This document shows positions 1 through 9,490 of a stretch of DNA of 64,000 nt, in pieces (the stretch's first letter is position 1; every line of letters begins with the position of its first letter). Origin of the DNA: Alphaproteobacteria bacterium (GTDB taxonomy: Bacteria; Pseudomonadota; Alphaproteobacteria; JBFXJJ01); assembly GCA_050175015.1 (NCBI GenBank), contig JBFXJJ010000002.1, positions 64,001 to 128,000 of the forward strand, read 5' to 3'. The notes below the pieces were generated by a model. It saw only the letters and a program-made list of their open reading frames with translations. It did no database searches and was not told the DNA's origin. A program made the position numbers and the translations under genes.

Positions 1-1
1 T

Positions 2-214
2 GACGATGTTCCTTTTGTTGATATTAGTGCTGAAAACTCACTTAGTATTCTTATTAAAAAATGCAAAGAGCAAAAAATTAATATTGTTATTTCAAGTAAT
101 ACAGCTCAAGTTACGAAAAGTGCTAAAAAAGCTGTCGTTAAAACAGGACACGGCAGCAAGGTTACTTATGCTAAGAACTTTGATAAAGCTATAAAGCTTG
201 CCCAAAAGTTATAA
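2..214 (+). CDS. 3' end of a STAS-domain protein, probably a SulP-family anion transporter (partial, runs off the window start)
   Basis: Frame 2 is open from base 2 to TAA at 212-214 and reads DDVPFVDISAENSLSILIKKCKEQKINIVIS..., which resembles the STAS 'VPFID.S' motif. The listed 6..194 ORF is a shadow frame. Confidence 0.6.
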   Translation, partial: DDVPFVDISAENSLSILIKKCKEQKINIVISSNTAQVTKSAKKAVVKTGHGSKVTYAKNFDKAIKLAQKL

Positions 215-217
215 AAT

Positions 218-252
218 AAACCCATAGACCATATAAAGTGATCTATGGGTTT
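218..252. terminator. Bidirectional intrinsic terminator between convergent genes
   Basis: AAACCCATAGA...TCTATGGGTTT inverted repeat. Confidence 0.6.
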
Positions 253-321
253 AAAAACTAAGAAATAACTTTGCTTTTATAATTCTATGTTTTTTAAATT
301 ATATCTTTGTAGGCATATAAT

Positions 322-951
322 TTAAAAGAACGCTCCTTTAACACCATCAATAACGAATTGAACCGAAAGAGCTGCCAAAAGAATTCCTAAAAGACGAGAA
401 ATAATATCATTAACAGTTTCTCCTATTAACTTCACTAATAATGAAGAATAAAGAAACAATATTAATGAAATCAGCATTACTAAAGCAAGATAAACAAATA
501 TCAATATTTGACTAACAACATCTCCGTGATATTTGCCCATAGCTAAAATAGTTGAAGTTATTGAACCTGGCCCAGCCAAAAGAGGAATCGCCATCGGGAA
601 AACGGAAATATCTTCAAATGTTGGATCTCGAACAATCTTATCAGCAGTATCAGAACAACGTTGAACTCTTTTCTCAAAGACCATATCAAGAGCAATAATA
701 AAAAGTAAAATACCACCACAAATTCTAAAAGCATCAATCTCTATGGCTAGGGTTTTAAATAGTGCCTCTCCCGTAAGACCAAATCCTAATAAAACTAAAA
801 AACCAACAATTACCGATTTATAAGCCGTCATTTTTTTAGCTTTAGCATCAAAATTTGATGTCAACCTGTCAAATATCAACATATTAGATAAAGGACTTAT
901 CATCACAAAAAACATTGTGAAAATAGTAATAAACAAATGCATTTTTCGCAC
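322..951 (-). CDS. marC: MarC family membrane protein
   Basis: About six hydrophobic segments; motifs 'AFRICGGILLF', 'VFPMAIPLLAGPGSIT', 'RLLGILLAALSVQFVIDG'. Confidence 0.9.
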   Translation of the reverse strand: MRKMHLFITIFTMFFVMISPLSNMLIFDRLTSNFDAKAKKMTAYKSVIVGFLVLLGFGLTGEALFKTLAIEIDAFRICGGILLFIIALDMVFEKRVQRCSDTADKIVRDPTFEDISVFPMAIPLLAGPGSITSTILAMGKYHGDVVSQILIFVYLALVMLISLILFLYSSLLVKLIGETVNDIISRLLGILLAALSVQFVIDGVKGAFF

Positions 952-997
952 CAGATTTAAATTGTTTTAAATTAAGAGAATAATTTTAACTTGAGGG

Positions 998-1039
998 CAA
1001 TAAAGCCGAATTGATAAAAATATCAATTCGACCTTATTG
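998..1039. terminator. Hairpin downstream of glnA
   Basis: CAATAAAGCCGAATTGATA-AAAA-TATCAATTCGACCTTATTG imperfect long stem. Confidence 0.55.
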
Positions 1040-1091
1040 TTTTTTTAGATTAGCATTAAACTAAACGTTTAAATACTTATTTTTAGAATAT

Positions 1092-2498
1092 TTAAGCTGA
1101 ATAGTACATATGATATTCAACTGGGTGTGGAGTATGTTCAAAGTTATAAACTTCTTCCCATTTAATAGCTAAATAAGAATTAATCATATCTTCAGTAAAG
1201 ACGTCACCCTTCTTCAAGAACTCACGATCTTCATCAAGAGCTGTTAAAGCTTGTCTTAAACTTCCACAAACTGTTGGAACGTTTTTAAGTTCCTCTGGAG
1301 GTAAATCATAGAGGTTCTTATCAATCGGATCTCCTGGATGGATTTTGTTTTCAATACCATCAAGACCTGCCATAAGCATTGCAGCAAAAGCTAAATATGG
1401 ATTAGCAGTAGGATCTGGGAATCTTATTTCAACTCTTTTTGCTTTAGGACTTGTAGCATAAGGAATACGGCAAGAAGCAGAACGGTTTCTTGCAGAATAT
1501 GCTAAAAGAACAGGGGCTTCAAAACCTGGAATCAAGCGTTTATAGCTATTGGTTGAAGGGTTAGTGAAAGCATTTAAAGCTCTAGCGTGTTTAATGATGC
1601 CGCCAATATAATATAATGCGGTATCAGATAAATCAGCATAGCCAGAACCAGCAAATAAAGGTTTGCCATCTTTCCACAATGAGTGGTGAGTATGCATACC
1701 AGAACCATTATCACCCATAACAGGTTTGGGCATAAAAGTTGCTGTTTTGCCATAAGAATGAGCAACATTATGAACAACATACTTATAAATCTGCATCAAA
1801 TCTCCAGCTTTAAGGAGTTCTTCGAATTTATAACCGAGTTCATGCTGAGAAGGAGCAACTTCATGGTGATGTTTTTCAACAGGAACGCCCATATCTTTCA
1901 TAACAGAAAGCATTTCAGCTCTTAAATCCACTGCAGAATCTACTGGAGGAACTGGAAAGTATCCGCCTTTAATTCTTGGTCTGTGAGCATAGTTACCCTG
2001 TTCATAAGTTTTTCCTGTTACATAAGGACCTTCATCAGAATCGATTTCATAAAACATATGATTCATCGAAACTTGGAATCTAACATCATCAAAAACAAAA
2101 AATTCTGCTTCTGGACCAATGTACAAAGTATCTGCGATACCTGTTGATTGGAGATAGACAGATGCTTTTTTAGCAATAGAACGAGGATCTCTATCATAAG
2201 CTTGTCCTGTTGCTGGTTCAATAACATCACAGAATAAAATTAATAAAGGTTGAGCTGCGAATGGATCAATAACCGCAGTTGAACAATCAGGCACTAACAA
2301 CATATCAGATTCGTTAATTGTTTTCCAGCCAGCAATTGAGGAGCCATCAAACATAATACCTTCAGTCAAAGATTCTTCATCAATCGTAGAAACATGCTGA
2401 CATGTATGCTGCCATTTGCCTTTTGGATCAGTAAAACGAAAATCAACGTACTCGATGTCGTTTTCTTTAATCATCTCTAAAACATTTTTAACTGTCAT
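1092..2498 (-). CDS. glnA: Glutamine synthetase type I
   Basis: [36 protein letters not shown] and the adenylylation site NLYDLP; 468 aa. Confidence 0.98.
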   Translation of the reverse strand: MTVKNVLEMIKENDIEYVDFRFTDPKGKWQHTCQHVSTIDEESLTEGIMFDGSSIAGWKTINESDMLLVPDCSTAVIDPFAAQPLLILFCDVIEPATGQAYDRDPRSIAKKASVYLQSTGIADTLYIGPEAEFFVFDDVRFQVSMNHMFYEIDSDEGPYVTGKTYEQGNYAHRPRIKGGYFPVPPVDSAVDLRAEMLSVMKDMGVPVEKHHHEVAPSQHELGYKFEELLKAGDLMQIYKYVVHNVAHSYGKTATFMPKPVMGDNGSGMHTHHSLWKDGKPLFAGSGYADLSDTALYYIGGIIKHARALNAFTNPSTNSYKRLIPGFEAPVLLAYSARNRSASCRIPYATSPKAKRVEIRFPDPTANPYLAFAAMLMAGLDGIENKIHPGDPIDKNLYDLPPEELKNVPTVCGSLRQALTALDEDREFLKKGDVFTEDMINSYLAIKWEEVYNFEHTPHPVEYHMYYSA

Positions 2499-2518
2499 CT
2501 CTTAGTTTTCCCTTAGTT

Positions 2519-2905
<387 letters not shown>

Positions 2906-2989
2906 TTATTTCTTTATGCAAATGATGTCTCTTGACTCAATCATTTTTTTTGTTTAAACAGCAAGTATAATATTTATGACGAGTTTTAT

Positions 2990-3067
2990 GGCGAATGTAG
3001 CTCAGTTGGTTAGAGCACCTGATTGTGGTTCAGGGGGTCGTCGGTTCGAGACCGATCATTCGCCCCA
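2990..3067 (+). tRNA. tRNA-His (GTG) with encoded G-1, C73 and CCA
   Basis: Acceptor stem GCGAATG/CATTCGC, D-arm TAGCTCAGTTGGTTAGAGC, anticodon arm CCTGA-TTGTGGT-TCAGG, T-arm GTCGG-TTCGAGA-CCGAT. Confidence 0.97.
3022..3067 (+). repeat. att direct repeat, left copy (inside the tRNA)
   Basis: ATTGTGGTTCAGGGGGTCGTCGGTTCGA-GA-CCGATCATTCGCCCCA matches 23502-23547 at 44 of 46 positions. Confidence 0.95.
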
Positions 3068-3073
3068 GTATTT

Positions 3074-3111
3074 AAAAGGGTTTCAAGGTTTTTACTTTGA
3101 AACCCTTTTTT
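3074..3111 (+). terminator. Element-supplied intrinsic terminator for tRNA-His
   Basis: AAAAGGGTTTCAA...TTGAAACCCTTTTTT. Confidence 0.75.
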
Positions 3112-3114
3112 CTT

Positions 3115-3139
3115 GGGGCTACCTCGGGGCTACCTTTTT
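3115..3139 (+). promoter_or_regulatory. Putative integrase arm-type sites, left end
   Basis: Tandem GGGGCTACC-TC-GGGGCTACC-TTTTT; the same tandem occurs at 23363-23387. Confidence 0.65.
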
Positions 3140-3229
3140 AATCAAAAAATATAAAGAAATATCAGGTAAAAAAATTCATTTTATCAACAGGGAGTCTTTA
3201 TTTATTCTCTCTTTTTATTAGCAGTGGGC

Positions 3230-3367
3230 GATTAACCCTCTACCCCTCTACAAGTCTTAATAACTAACGCTTACAGAAGAAACAACCCTCTACACAAAAA
3301 AGATGATGCAGAGGGGTGATCTCATGCTTTATCTCTTGGGTTTGCTTAGCTGTAGAGGCGTAGAGTC
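3230..3367. repeat. Iteron cluster copy A (CCCTCTAC, direct and inverted)
   Basis: CCCTCTAC at 3236, 3244 and 3286; inverted variants at 3308, 3352 and 3360; homologous in reverse orientation to 17882-18019. Confidence 0.7.
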
Positions 3368-3372
3368 TATTT

Positions 3373-6300
3373 TCACTTGCTCCACTCATTAGAAAGCACT
3401 TCGGCTTGTTTTAATATGAGCTCAATGGCTTCTGGGGCTTTATCTGGTGGGTATTTATATTTTTGTAGGGTTCTTCTAACTAAAATACGAAGCTTAGCCC
3501 TAATACTTTCTCTAACCTGCCAATCAACCGTTGTTGATGCTCTTAGTTTTTCAGTAATTTCAACCGCAATTTTCTTTAAGATTTCATCGCCAAGCAATCT
3601 AACGGCACTTTCATTGTTGGCTAAAGCATCATAAAAAGCGACTTCATCAGGATTTAGTCCCAAGTCATCTTCTCTTTTTAGCTCTTCTTGAAAATCTTTA
3701 GCCATTTGAATTAGCTCTTCAATAACTTGAGCAGTTTCAATGGCACGATTGTTATATTTTCTTAAAGTTTCTTGTAAACGGTCAGAATATTTTTTTTGCT
3801 GGACAACATTATTTCTGGTCTTTGCCTTGATGCTGTCATTAAGAAGCTTTTCTAATAACTCAATAGCAAAATTTTTATGAGGCATATGTCTTACATCTTC
3901 AAGAAATTCATCAGACAATAAGCCTATATTTGGCTTATCAAGCCCGCATAAAGCAAAAATATCGGTTACACCTTCAGCAATAACGGCATTATCTAAAATT
4001 TGTTTAAGGGCAGAATTTTGTTCTTCTTGGGTAAGCTTTTTATCAACGGAAGTAAATTTTGTAATTGCTATTTTAACCGCCGATAAAAAGGCAATTTCTT
4101 TTCTAAATTCTTTGGCTTCATCAAGTGTTGAACAAAGAGAAAAGGCTTTGGTAATGGTTAGAACTATATCAATAAACCGTCTTTTGCCGTCCTCTAATCC
4201 TAAAATATAGTTTGCGGTTGGAACTAAAAGTTTTTGAGCTTCGGTTTCATATTTTGAATAGTCAAAACCTTCTGATTTGCTAGTTTTAGCAAACATAGAT
4301 CGAACAATATCCAGCTTTTCCATAAGAACTGCAAAAGCTTCTTCCGCTCTAAGGGTTGGTTCGCCTTTTCCTCTTGATTCAGCATAAGTTTTAAGAGCTT
4401 GCTTCAACTCGTTCGCTATACCGATATAATCAACAACAAGCCCGCCAGGTTTATTTTTGAAAACCCTGTTTACTCTAGCGATTGCCTGCATAAGGTTATG
4501 TCCCTTCATCGGCTTGTCAACATACATTGTATGACAACAAGGAACATCAAAGCCCGTAAGCCACATATCACGAACAATAACTATTTTTAAAGGATCCTTT
4601 GGGTCTTTAAAGCGTTTTTCAAGTCGTTTTTTTGTAGTTTTATTATAAATATGGGGGCGTAAAAGCTCTTTATCTGAAGCCGAACCCGTCATAATAATTT
4701 TTATTGCCCCTTTTTCAGAATTTTCATCGTGCCAATCAGGTCTTAGAGCTACAATTTCATTATAAAGATGAACGCAGATTTCACGGCTCATACCTACAAT
4801 CATTGCTTTGCCTTCTAATACTGAATTTCTAGTTTCAAAATGATTGATTAAATCTTCAGCAATCTGCTTAATTCTTGGAGTTGCTCCAACCAACTTTTCA
4901 AGCCTGCTCCATTCGCCTTTGGTTTTTTCACGGTTGCCTAAATCTTCTTCATCTTCAATAACTTCTTCAACTTGTTCAGATAGTTTTTCAATTTCTTCTC
5001 GGTTAATATCGAGTTTAGCAAGCCTTGATTCATAATAGATAGGAACGGTTGCCCCGTCATCTTCCGCATCTTTAATATCATAGATAGAAACATAATCGCC
5101 AAAAACGGCTCTTGTGTCTTTTTCTTCGCTTGAAATTGGGGTTCCTGTAAAACCGATAAAAGAGGCATTAGGCAAAGCGTCTCGCATATGTTTTGCATAG
5201 CCGAATTTATATGTCCCGTCTTTGCTTAGTATTGCTTTTAAGCCGTATTGGCTACGATGGGCTTCATCAGAAATAACGATTATATTATGTCTATCATTTA
5301 AAATAGGGTGCTGTTCTTCATCATTAATCGGAGCGAATTTTTGAACAGTCGTAAAAATTATTCCGCCTGCTTCACGTTCAGAAAGAAGTTGTCTTAGTTC
5401 ATCTCTATTATCTGCTTGAACAGGTTTTTGTTTTAATAATTCTTGAGAGTTGTCAAAAGTCGTGAATAACTGCCCGTCAAGGTCGTTTCTATCCGTAACA
5501 ACAATTATGGTTGGATTGTTCATTTCGGCTTGTTGTAAGAGTAAGCCTGCATAACAACACATTGAAATACTTTTGCCTGAACCTTGAGTATGCCAGATAA
5601 CGCCTGCTTTTTTATTTCCACCAGAATTTGATGCAGTAATTGTTGCTTTTACAGCTTCCCTGACCGCATGGAATTGATGATAACCTGCTATTTTTTTGAT
5701 TATTTTACCGTCATCATTTTCAAAAATTATAAAGTTTCTGATATATTCTAAAAACAGCTCTTTGTTTAAAAAGCCTTTGATTAAGGTTTCAATCTGCCAT
5801 TCAACAATAGGTCGATCATTTTCATTTTTAATAGTCCGCCAAGGCATAAAGCGTTCTTGGTCGGCGGTTAGAGAACCCACTCTTGCATTGTAGCCATCGC
5901 TAATGATTAGAGCTTCATTGAAAATAAATAAATCGCTGATTTCTTCTTTATAGGTTTGAAGCTGATTAAAAGCGTCCCAAATATCAACTTTTTCATCATT
6001 AGGGCTTTTAAGCTCAATGACAACAAGCGGAATGCCGTTAATAAAGCAAATAATATCAGGTCTTCTTGGTTGCCTTGTGCCAGAAATAGTAAATTGATTA
6101 ATAGCAAAGAATGAGTTGTTTTTGATGTTTTCAAAATCGATTAAAAAAGCGTGGTCGTTTTTTATTTGATTATCTTTTTTATATTGAACGGGAACGCCTT
6201 TTAATAAAAACCTGTGAAAAGCACGGTTGTTGATTAAGGTGTCTAAACTTTCAGGCTTTTTAAGTTGAGCTATAACTTGTTCAAGGCAATCTTTAGGCAA

Positions 6301-6474
6301 ATGAGGGTTAATTTTTAAAAAGGCTTTTTCAAGCTCTTTTTCAATAAGAACTTGATGATAGTTAGAACGAGCAGGCGAGGTGCTGTCTGGTGCAATGTCG
6401 GGACCATAAAAAACGTCCCAGCCATTGTCTTTAAACCACTCTAAACAAAGATTTTCTAATTCCGTTTCGTTCAT
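3373..6474 (-). CDS. hsdR: Type I restriction endonuclease subunit R
   Basis: PD...ELK nuclease motif, WHTQGSGKS Walker A, DEAHRSQY, MWLTGFD, QAIARVNR; 1033 aa. Confidence 0.96.
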   Translation of the reverse strand: MNETELENLCLEWFKDNGWDVFYGPDIAPDSTSPARSNYHQVLIEKELEKAFLKINPHLPKDCLEQVIAQLKKPESLDTLINNRAFHRFLLKGVPVQYKKDNQIKNDHAFLIDFENIKNNSFFAINQFTISGTRQPRRPDIICFINGIPLVVIELKSPNDEKVDIWDAFNQLQTYKEEISDLFIFNEALIISDGYNARVGSLTADQERFMPWRTIKNENDRPIVEWQIETLIKGFLNKELFLEYIRNFIIFENDDGKIIKKIAGYHQFHAVREAVKATITASNSGGNKKAGVIWHTQGSGKSISMCCYAGLLLQQAEMNNPTIIVVTDRNDLDGQLFTTFDNSQELLKQKPVQADNRDELRQLLSEREAGGIIFTTVQKFAPINDEEQHPILNDRHNIIVISDEAHRSQYGLKAILSKDGTYKFGYAKHMRDALPNASFIGFTGTPISSEEKDTRAVFGDYVSIYDIKDAEDDGATVPIYYESRLAKLDINREEIEKLSEQVEEVIEDEEDLGNREKTKGEWSRLEKLVGATPRIKQIAEDLINHFETRNSVLEGKAMIVGMSREICVHLYNEIVALRPDWHDENSEKGAIKIIMTGSASDKELLRPHIYNKTTKKRLEKRFKDPKDPLKIVIVRDMWLTGFDVPCCHTMYVDKPMKGHNLMQAIARVNRVFKNKPGGLVVDYIGIANELKQALKTYAESRGKGEPTLRAEEAFAVLMEKLDIVRSMFAKTSKSEGFDYSKYETEAQKLLVPTANYILGLEDGKRRFIDIVLTITKAFSLCSTLDEAKEFRKEIAFLSAVKIAITKFTSVDKKLTQEEQNSALKQILDNAVIAEGVTDIFALCGLDKPNIGLLSDEFLEDVRHMPHKNFAIELLEKLLNDSIKAKTRNNVVQQKKYSDRLQETLRKYNNRAIETAQVIEELIQMAKDFQEELKREDDLGLNPDEVAFYDALANNESAVRLLGDEILKKIAVEITEKLRASTTVDWQVRESIRAKLRILVRRTLQKYKYPPDKAPEAIELILKQAEVLSNEWSK

Positions 6475-6547
6475 TCTTTCTTGCCTTGTTTTTTATATTA
6501 TGCTATTTATATTAAATACTCATCTACCAAGTGTAGAAGGAGCATCC

Positions 6548-6577
6548 GAGGTCGTTTTAGGCGACCTCTGCTTTTTT
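6548..6577 (+). terminator. GC-rich hairpin plus T6, oriented antisense to the R-M operon
   Basis: GAGGTCG-TTTTAGG-CGACCTC-TGC-TTTTTT. Confidence 0.6.
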
Positions 6578-6581
6578 ATAA

Positions 6582-7472
6582 TCATTTTTTAAACTCAACC
6601 TCTGCTAAAAATAGAATATTACAAGCGGCTTGATTAATTACAAATTTTGTAAAAACTTCATCAGGTTTGTTTATGCCCTCTGTTTTTCCATGAGCTCCTG
6701 ATTTATTTCTTGCGGTTCCTAATCCTTGAATAATGCCTGTTATTTGGTTTAAATAATCTTCCATAAATGGCGGTATATTCAAGTTATCTTTAATCAAAGG
6801 AAGCAACTTTGAAAGATTATCGGTTTCATTATATGTTATATTATTTTGATTAAACCTAGTTTTAATAACGCTTTCCATAGCTTTGCAAGCATTGGTTATG
6901 GCATTTTCAAAATCACCCTCTTTTAGGTTTTTATAAGCGTTTAAATAATCAGTATAAGCTGAGTTAAAATTTCGTAGAACTCCTAATGTTTTTTGAGTTG
7001 CTTCTTCATAAAAAACTTCATCTTCTATTTTGACAAGCATTTCTCCGTTATGTTGCCAACCAATACCTTCTCGTTTTAAGAAAAAATTTAGTTGTGAAAA
7101 AAGGTTTTTACATTTTGATTTTTTTCTACCTGCTTGGGTGTCATATACATGTTTATTTGCTTCATTATTTATTGCTTTTCCAATTTCTTCAACTACGGTT
7201 AATGCATAATCAACATTTGACGTTTCTAAGAAAAATTGTTCCAATTCACCTAAATAATAATGCATTTTTACATTTTTGTAATCTTCATGAAGTACAGATT
7301 CGCCGATATGTTTTCTAATGTATTTTATAATTTCTTCCAGACCATTTATTCCTGCTTCTTGCCATAACATAATAACTTGGTTTCTAACTTTTCTTGGCAA
7401 TTCGTCATAAGTAAATGTTGTTGGGAGCTCGCCTCGCTCTTCTCTTCTGCGTTCAAAAAAAGGAAGTGTCAT
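6582..7472 (-). CDS. Abortive-infection-like HEPN protein (AbiJ-NTD4 / STM4504-like N-terminus, HEPN C-terminus)
   Basis: N-terminal 'FTYDELPRKVRNQV'; C-terminal 'AITNACKAMESVIK' and 'RNKSGAHG' (R-x5-H HEPN motif); 4-nt overlap with hsdS. Confidence 0.7.
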   Translation of the reverse strand: MTLPFFERRREERGELPTTFTYDELPRKVRNQVIMLWQEAGINGLEEIIKYIRKHIGESVLHEDYKNVKMHYYLGELEQFFLETSNVDYALTVVEEIGKAINNEANKHVYDTQAGRKKSKCKNLFSQLNFFLKREGIGWQHNGEMLVKIEDEVFYEEATQKTLGVLRNFNSAYTDYLNAYKNLKEGDFENAITNACKAMESVIKTRFNQNNITYNETDNLSKLLPLIKDNLNIPPFMEDYLNQITGIIQGLGTARNKSGAHGKTEGINKPDEVFTKFVINQAACNILFLAEVEFKK

Positions 7473-8773
7473 ACCAAGTTCTCCACGAATTTTTCGGCAT
7501 CTTTGATGCGGATTTCGCCAGAAATTAGTTTTGGTAAAAGGGCATCTCTTGTTTGGGTAAGGGTTAGGTTTTGTTTTTCATTAGCTCTAATAAGCTCAAA
7601 AATACCATTTGCTCTAATTGAAAATATTTTTTCTATGTTAGAATTTGTTTGCAATATTGGCATCTTTTTTATTGTTTGGGAATTTACAGCGGTTGCAATT
7701 GAAGATGTGCTACCAAGTATGCTGTAATCGAACTGTCTTAAATAACAATAAGTCCATGTAAAATCTGGTGAGATTTGTTTTATTTTAAAATGTGATATAG
7801 CTTCATTTGTGCAGATTTTTCCAGATGCTATCTGAACTCTTCCTACGGTTAGTTTAAAACTCAATAAAACAGTATTTTGTGGTATAAGCTTTACATTATG
7901 CTTTTTTACAGCTTCTGGTGTTAAATATTCTGATGTCTGAGATGTAAATAAAGTATTAGAACCCATATCTTTTATAGACAGCCATTCTATATTTTTTGTA
8001 TTGGTGCTAAACCATTGAGGCTCTTTTCTTGGTGGAGTTTTTCCAATTGAAATGTCATAAATTTTTTCTGCATCAATATATTTCCACCCTGTAGGGATTT
8101 CGTTTTCATCTAGGGTGGCGGGGAAGAGGTTCCAGATTTCAGGTGGGAGGTATGGCAATGCTCCTGCCATTTTGGCTTTGGTTGGGGCAAAATCTACAAA
8201 CCAATCTTTAAAAATCGCACTCGCCATAGCCTCCAACGTCTCGTTCTGCTTCCTGTTTAACTCTATCTTATCATCTAACGAACCTAATATATGTGCTATC
8301 GCCTTTTGTTCAGATAAATCAATCGGCGCTATTAAAGGTGCACTTGTCATTGTTGATGCACTTGCGTTAGGTTGAGCGGATTTTTCACTCATAACACCAT
8401 TTATAAAATTACTAAAAACACTTGATTTCAAATAGTATGATATGAATTTGGAGCAAAAACGTTTGTTAATTTTCAAACGAACCAAATAAGAGGCAAATAT
8501 CGCTTTTGGTGGATTTTTTATATATATACTAGCCCCTGTTGAAGCCCCTGTTCTAGCAATAACAATATCACCATCATAAAGCTTATATTTACTTATTTTA
8601 TTATTTTCTATAACAACATTTGGAACAGATTTCCAATCTATATACCCCGAAACTATATCAGTTATTCTTAAAAATTTAGTTTCTAAGTCTTCATTTGTTG
8701 CAGAGGCTGTAAAGCCATAATCAATAGAACTACAAGCATCAGATAATTTAATTTCTTGCCAATCGCTAGTCAT
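7469..8773 (-). CDS. hsdS: Type I R-M specificity subunit
   Basis: Two TRDs separated by the conserved 'EQKAIAHILGSLDDKIELN'; 'IPTGW'; C-terminal 'RDALLPKLISGEI'. Confidence 0.95.
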   Translation of the reverse strand: MTSDWQEIKLSDACSSIDYGFTASATNEDLETKFLRITDIVSGYIDWKSVPNVVIENNKISKYKLYDGDIVIARTGASTGASIYIKNPPKAIFASYLVRLKINKRFCSKFISYYLKSSVFSNFINGVMSEKSAQPNASASTMTSAPLIAPIDLSEQKAIAHILGSLDDKIELNRKQNETLEAMASAIFKDWFVDFAPTKAKMAGALPYLPPEIWNLFPATLDENEIPTGWKYIDAEKIYDISIGKTPPRKEPQWFSTNTKNIEWLSIKDMGSNTLFTSQTSEYLTPEAVKKHNVKLIPQNTVLLSFKLTVGRVQIASGKICTNEAISHFKIKQISPDFTWTYCYLRQFDYSILGSTSSIATAVNSQTIKKMPILQTNSNIEKIFSIRANGIFELIRANEKQNLTLTQTRDALLPKLISGEIRIKDAEKFVENLV

Positions 8774-9081
8774 TCATCTGTTCCGTTATATATTTCAACA
8801 TAGTTTTTGGCTATTTCTGCCTGAAAGCTTTTGGGTAATTCGTCAAAAACCAAAACATCAATTAAAAAGGGGATATTGCTTTCAACCAATGCTTCTTTTA
8901 AATCAAAAGAGCTTCCTTTTTCGGTGCCAAAGGATTTTATGGCTAGGTCTAAATCGCTTCCCTCGTGGGCGGAGCCGTTAATTCTGCTTCCATAAGCCCA
9001 AACAATAGCTTTAGGGTATAATTCTTTGATTATTCCTTTTATTTGCTCTAAATGTTCAGGTTTAATAAAAAGCTTAGTCAT
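8770..9081 (-). CDS. Minimal nucleotidyltransferase (MNT), antitoxin of a HEPN-MNT pair
   Basis: YGSRINGSAHEGSDLDL (GS-x10-DxD); overlaps the HEPN gene upstream; ATG at 9081 preferred. Confidence 0.88.
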   Translation of the reverse strand: MTKLFIKPEHLEQIKGIIKELYPKAIVWAYGSRINGSAHEGSDLDLAIKSFGTEKGSSFDLKEALVESNIPFLIDVLVFDELPKSFQAEIAKNYVEIYNGTDE

Positions 9082-9490
9082 TAGCAATTACGCCCTCAAG
9101 CTTTTTGGCATCTTTGATAAAATCTTCAATTAAGCTTATGGTTTCACTTGCGAACTTTTCGCCGTAATCGTGAGTGGTTGAGTTGCGGTTATCCCTATAC
9201 TTAAACCACCTTTCAACCAAAGCTTCTTCTAATAATCCGTGTTTTAATGCGTGTCTGAAAAGTTCTTTATAGGCTAGTTTATCAACTTCTTTTGAGCTTG
9301 CAAAATATGGCTTTAGTTTTTTTCTAAGCAGTTTTCCGCCTTGCTCTAATGTCATTTCAAAGCCTTTGACTAAAGAGTTGCGATACATTTCATAGTCTAT
9401 GCTGTCTTTAGGAGCATTTAATAACAGGCTGTATGATTTCTCTAGGGTTTCAATACATCTATTTAAAAATTCGGTGCTTATACTGCTCAT
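9074..9490 (-). CDS. HEPN toxin (HI0074-like nucleotidyltransferase substrate-binding family)
   Basis: 'RNSLVKGFEMTLE' and 'RNSTTHDY' (R-x4-H followed by Tyr); paired with the MNT gene. Confidence 0.88.
   Translation of the reverse strand: MSSISTEFLNRCIETLEKSYSLLLNAPKDSIDYEMYRNSLVKGFEMTLEQGGKLLRKKLKPYFASSKEVDKLAYKELFRHALKHGLLEEALVERWFKYRDNRNSTTHDYGEKFASETISLIEDFIKDAKKLEGVIAND

Noticed and set aside
2976-3221. 81-aa ORF on the plus strand
   Set aside because: It is a translation of tRNA-His, its terminator and the arm-type sites
7469-8773. Invertible (shufflon-type) hsdS phase variation
   Set aside because: Only one hsdS, with no silent TRD cassettes or flanking inverted repeats seen
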